A stretch of DNA of 63,996 bases, the filler included, from an uncultured Acidimicrobiia bacterium (lineage in GTDB: Bacteria > Actinomycetota > Acidimicrobiia > Spongiisociales > JAOTWH01): the NCBI GenBank assembly GCA_964347285.1. It is 3 parts of 3 records of this genome, joined end to end, with 100 filler letters (N's around TTAATTAATTAA, not from the genome) between each part and the next. Parts side by side here need not be neighbours in the genome. Positions count along the whole stretch, not along the records: positions 61,369 to 63,996 come from CAYFYE010000169.1; 2 more parts are not named here. One strand, 5' to 3'. Below, one piece after another: positions 61,369-63,996 of the stretch. Position numbers and translations under genes: made by a program. The notes below the pieces were generated by a model. The model worked only from the letters and a program-made list of their open reading frames with translations, was not told the DNA's origin and ran no database searches. Positions within the stretch are counted from its first letter, which is position 1. Each line of letters opens with the position of its first letter.

Positions 61369-62090
61369 GGTGAACGGCGGTTGAACCGGGGAGACTCTCC
61401 CTCGGTGGTGACGATCAGGCCACCCCCGGCCAAGACGAGTGCTGTGCCGGCGGCAACGTCCCATTCGTGCTTGGGCACCAGAGTCCAGGTGGCCACATCG
61501 AGGCCGGCGGCCACCCGGGCCAGCTTGTAGGCCACCGAGCCCATGGGGTGGACGTCGAACGCGCCGTCGCTGAAGCCGGCCCATTCCCCACGAGCGATCT
61601 CGGAGCGGCTGGCCAGCACCCGGCGCCCTTCCAGTCTCGTCGCCCCCAGGTCGACGGCGGTGGGCCGCCCGTTCAGCGTCAGCCCGTCGTCCGTGGATCC
61701 GAGGATCATCTCGCCGGTCGACGGGTTCAAGATTCCGCCCGCCACGGCCTCTTCGCCCTCGACCAGTCCGACACTGATGCACCATTCGGGAATCCCTTGG
61801 AGGAACTCGCGAGTGCCATCGATGGGATCGACCACCCATACTCGGGCGCAGTCGAGCCGGTCCGGGGTGTCGGCCGTCTCCTCCGACATCCATCCTTCCC
61901 CGGGGCGAGGGAGGAGATCCACCAGTACGGCATTGACGGCCCGATCGGCCTCGGTGACCGGATCCCCGCCCACTTTCAGCTCGGCACTGATGGCGCCCGG
62001 CGGGAACGGGGCCAGGGCCGAGGCGGCGGCTTCCAGCGCCGCGCCGATCCGCTCGAGATCGGGACGGCGCGAGCCGTTCACTGCGGCCAC
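61369..62090 (-). CDS. cysQ: 3'(2'),5'-bisphosphate nucleotidase (inositol monophosphatase family), 3' end truncated by contig end
   Basis: PVTEAD, SEE, VDPIDGTREF, EWDVAAG; follows sat-cysC. Confidence 0.88.
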
Positions 62091-62133
62091 AGCACGGCGA
62101 GATGCCGCGTGGCCCTCAGCTCAGAGCGGGGGC

Positions 62134-63873
62134 TCACCCGGCACCGTCGGCGTCGCCGATGTAGCCCCGGCCCTCCAGGTGGAGGATCACCCGGTTGGCC
62201 GCCTCCTCCGGGCTCAAGTTCGATGTATCGATGGTGACCTCGGCATCGGCCGGTTCCTCGTAGGGGTCCGATATCCCAGTGAACTCCTCGATGATTCCGG
62301 CCCGAGCCTTGGCGTAGAGGCCTTTGCGATCGCGCTGCTCGCACACCTCGAGCGGCGTTGCCACGTGGACGAGCGCGAAGCCGCCCAGCGGCTCGATCAT
62401 TCTCCGCACCTCGCGGCGGGTGTGGTCGTAGGGGGCGATCGGGGCGCAGATGGCGATGCCCCCGTTCTTGGTGATCTCGGAGGCGACGAAGCCTATGCGC
62501 CGGATGTTGAGATCGCGATGCTCCTTGGAGAACCCCAGCTCGGAGGAGAGGTGGGTGCGCACGACGTCGCCGTCGAGCAAGGTGACCGGTCGTCCCCCCA
62601 TCTCCATCAGCTTGACCAACAGCGCGTTGGCGATCGTGCTCTTACCGGAGCCGGAAAGACCGGTGAAGAACACCGTGAATCCCTGACGGTCTCGAGGTGG
62701 GTAGGTGCGGCGCAACTCTCGGGCCACCTCGGGATAGGTGAACCACTCCGGTATCTCCTTGCCGCCGGCCAGACGCTCGCGCAGGTCGGTTCCGGAGATG
62801 TTCAAGCTGCGCGCCCCAATGGGCACCTCGTCGATGGGCCGGTACTCGTCGAGATCCTCGACGTACAGCATGGGCTCGGAGGGAACCACGGTCACCCCGA
62901 GTTCGTCCTCGAAGTGGCGCACCATCTGCTGGGCCTCGTCGGGCCCGTAGAACGCTTTACCCCCTGACTCGGAGCCGGGCCCGGCATGGTTCTGCCCGAC
63001 GATGAGATGGGTACAGCCGTGGTTCCTGCGAATGATGGCGTGCCAGACGGCTTCGCGGGGCCCGGCCATGCGCATGGCCAGAGGAAGGAGTGCCAGCTTG
63101 GCGCTGTAGCGCGGATAGCGGTCCAGGATCGCTTGATAGGCGCGGACCCGGGTGTAGTGATCGACGTCGCCGGGCCTGGTCGGGCCCACCACCGGATGGA
63201 GGAGGAGGTTGGCTTCGGACTCTTTGGCGACCCGCAAGGTGAGCTCGACATGAGCCCGATGCATGGGGTTGTGGGTCTGGAAGGCGACCACCCGCGACCA
63301 GCCGAGGGCTTCGAACTCCTCCCGGAGCTGGGCCGGTGTGCGCCGCAGCAGGCGGAAGTCGTAGTGGGGTCTCACCTGCACACCTTCGATGGTGCCGCCG
63401 ACGTAGACGGGGTGGGTGTCCCTGAGCAAGTGAGCAACGCCCGAATGCTCGGTGTCGACCGTACCGAACACCTGCTCGGCTTCCGCTTCCCGGTCGGGTC
63501 GCCAGACGTCCTCCACAGTGAGCGCCGCCAGCATGATCCCCTCGGGATCCCGCAGGGCGATTCGGCTCCGCTCGGCCAGCCGTTCGGCGAACTCCCCGGT
63601 CACGTCCAAGACGACGGGGATGGGCCACAACGTTCCATCGGCCAGGCGCAGGTCGGCGCAGACCGCCTCGTAGTCCCGCCGGTCCAAGAAACCGCGCAGT
63701 GGTGAGAAGCCGCCGTTCATCAGCAGCTCCAAGTCACACGTTTGGCGGGGTGACAAGTCCCACGACGGCCAGTCGCGCGAGGCCGACTTGAGCGCGGCCG
63801 CCCGGTCGGCGTCGACCATCAGATCGACGAGGTCGCCGGCGTGGGGCGAGATGAGACTGTCGGACACGATCAC
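62134..63873 (-). CDS. cysC: Bifunctional sulfate adenylyltransferase/adenylylsulfate kinase (start uncertain, 63867-63924)
   Basis: GGFSPLRGF, FQTHNPMHRAH, MRMAGPREA, ISGT; kinase GLSGSGKST, LDGD, RDRKGLY, FTGISDPYE. Confidence 0.92.
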   Translation of the reverse strand: MIVSDSLISPHAGDLVDLMVDADRAAALKSASRDWPSWDLSPRQTCDLELLMNGGFSPLRGFLDRRDYEAVCADLRLADGTLWPIPVVLDVTGEFAERLAERSRIALRDPEGIMLAALTVEDVWRPDREAEAEQVFGTVDTEHSGVAHLLRDTHPVYVGGTIEGVQVRPHYDFRLLRRTPAQLREEFEALGWSRVVAFQTHNPMHRAHVELTLRVAKESEANLLLHPVVGPTRPGDVDHYTRVRAYQAILDRYPRYSAKLALLPLAMRMAGPREAVWHAIIRRNHGCTHLIVGQNHAGPGSESGGKAFYGPDEAQQMVRHFEDELGVTVVPSEPMLYVEDLDEYRPIDEVPIGARSLNISGTDLRERLAGGKEIPEWFTYPEVARELRRTYPPRDRQGFTVFFTGLSGSGKSTIANALLVKLMEMGGRPVTLLDGDVVRTHLSSELGFSKEHRDLNIRRIGFVASEITKNGGIAICAPIAPYDHTRREVRRMIEPLGGFALVHVATPLEVCEQRDRKGLYAKARAGIIEEFTGISDPYEEPADAEVTIDTSNLSPEEAANRVILHLEGRGYIGDADGAG

Positions 63874-63996
63874 GCTCTCGGGACGATCAGACTGGCCCGA
63901 CCGCGCTGCGCGGTCAAACGGCATTGTAGCGTGTTCGTGCTCGACTGTGAGTGGGGGGGCTAATTGTGTTGCCCCGGTAGGTTCGCGACGCGGGTG

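Overview
High-GC bacterial chromosome, probably Actinomycetota (Acidimicrobiia-like, inferred from gene content and order). It consists of three contigs joined by N/TTAATTAATTAA linkers at 31184-31283 and 61269-61368. Contig 1 (1-31183): the 3' end of a bacterial microcompartment locus (acylating aldehyde dehydrogenase, BMC-T, two BMC-P), then housekeeping genes (pgl, ppk1-mutT1, rpiB, murA, meaB, cysteine desulfurase-mnmA-ligA, dapCDE, gatCAB) and a cNMP-domain gene with a Cys-less HypC homologue. Contig 2 (31284-61268): a 2.2 kb mosaic of gene fragments (MFS, cytochrome c, HK97-type capsid, dinB) with short repeats at the junctions and a 27-aa basic peptide. This is followed by an APC-USP permease, a Rieske/FAD oxidoreductase, a GH26-like surface protein, Crp, PrimPolC/LigC, a Lon-like protease, endonuclease V, HIT, NTPase, a TPR class III cyclase, a Liv-type ABC transporter, EamA and a CGNR regulator. 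Contig 3: cysQ and sat-cysC. The best hidden feature is a DsrE-family gene (58576-58938, minus) with an in-frame TGA in a UxxC motif followed by a SECIS-like hairpin, a probable selenoprotein that the ORF track truncates. Several enzymes have substituted catalytic residues. Four genes carry single-base lesions that may be sequencing errors. No rRNA, tRNA, CRISPR array, integrase or transposase was recognised. All product calls come from motif recognition by eye; no database search was run.
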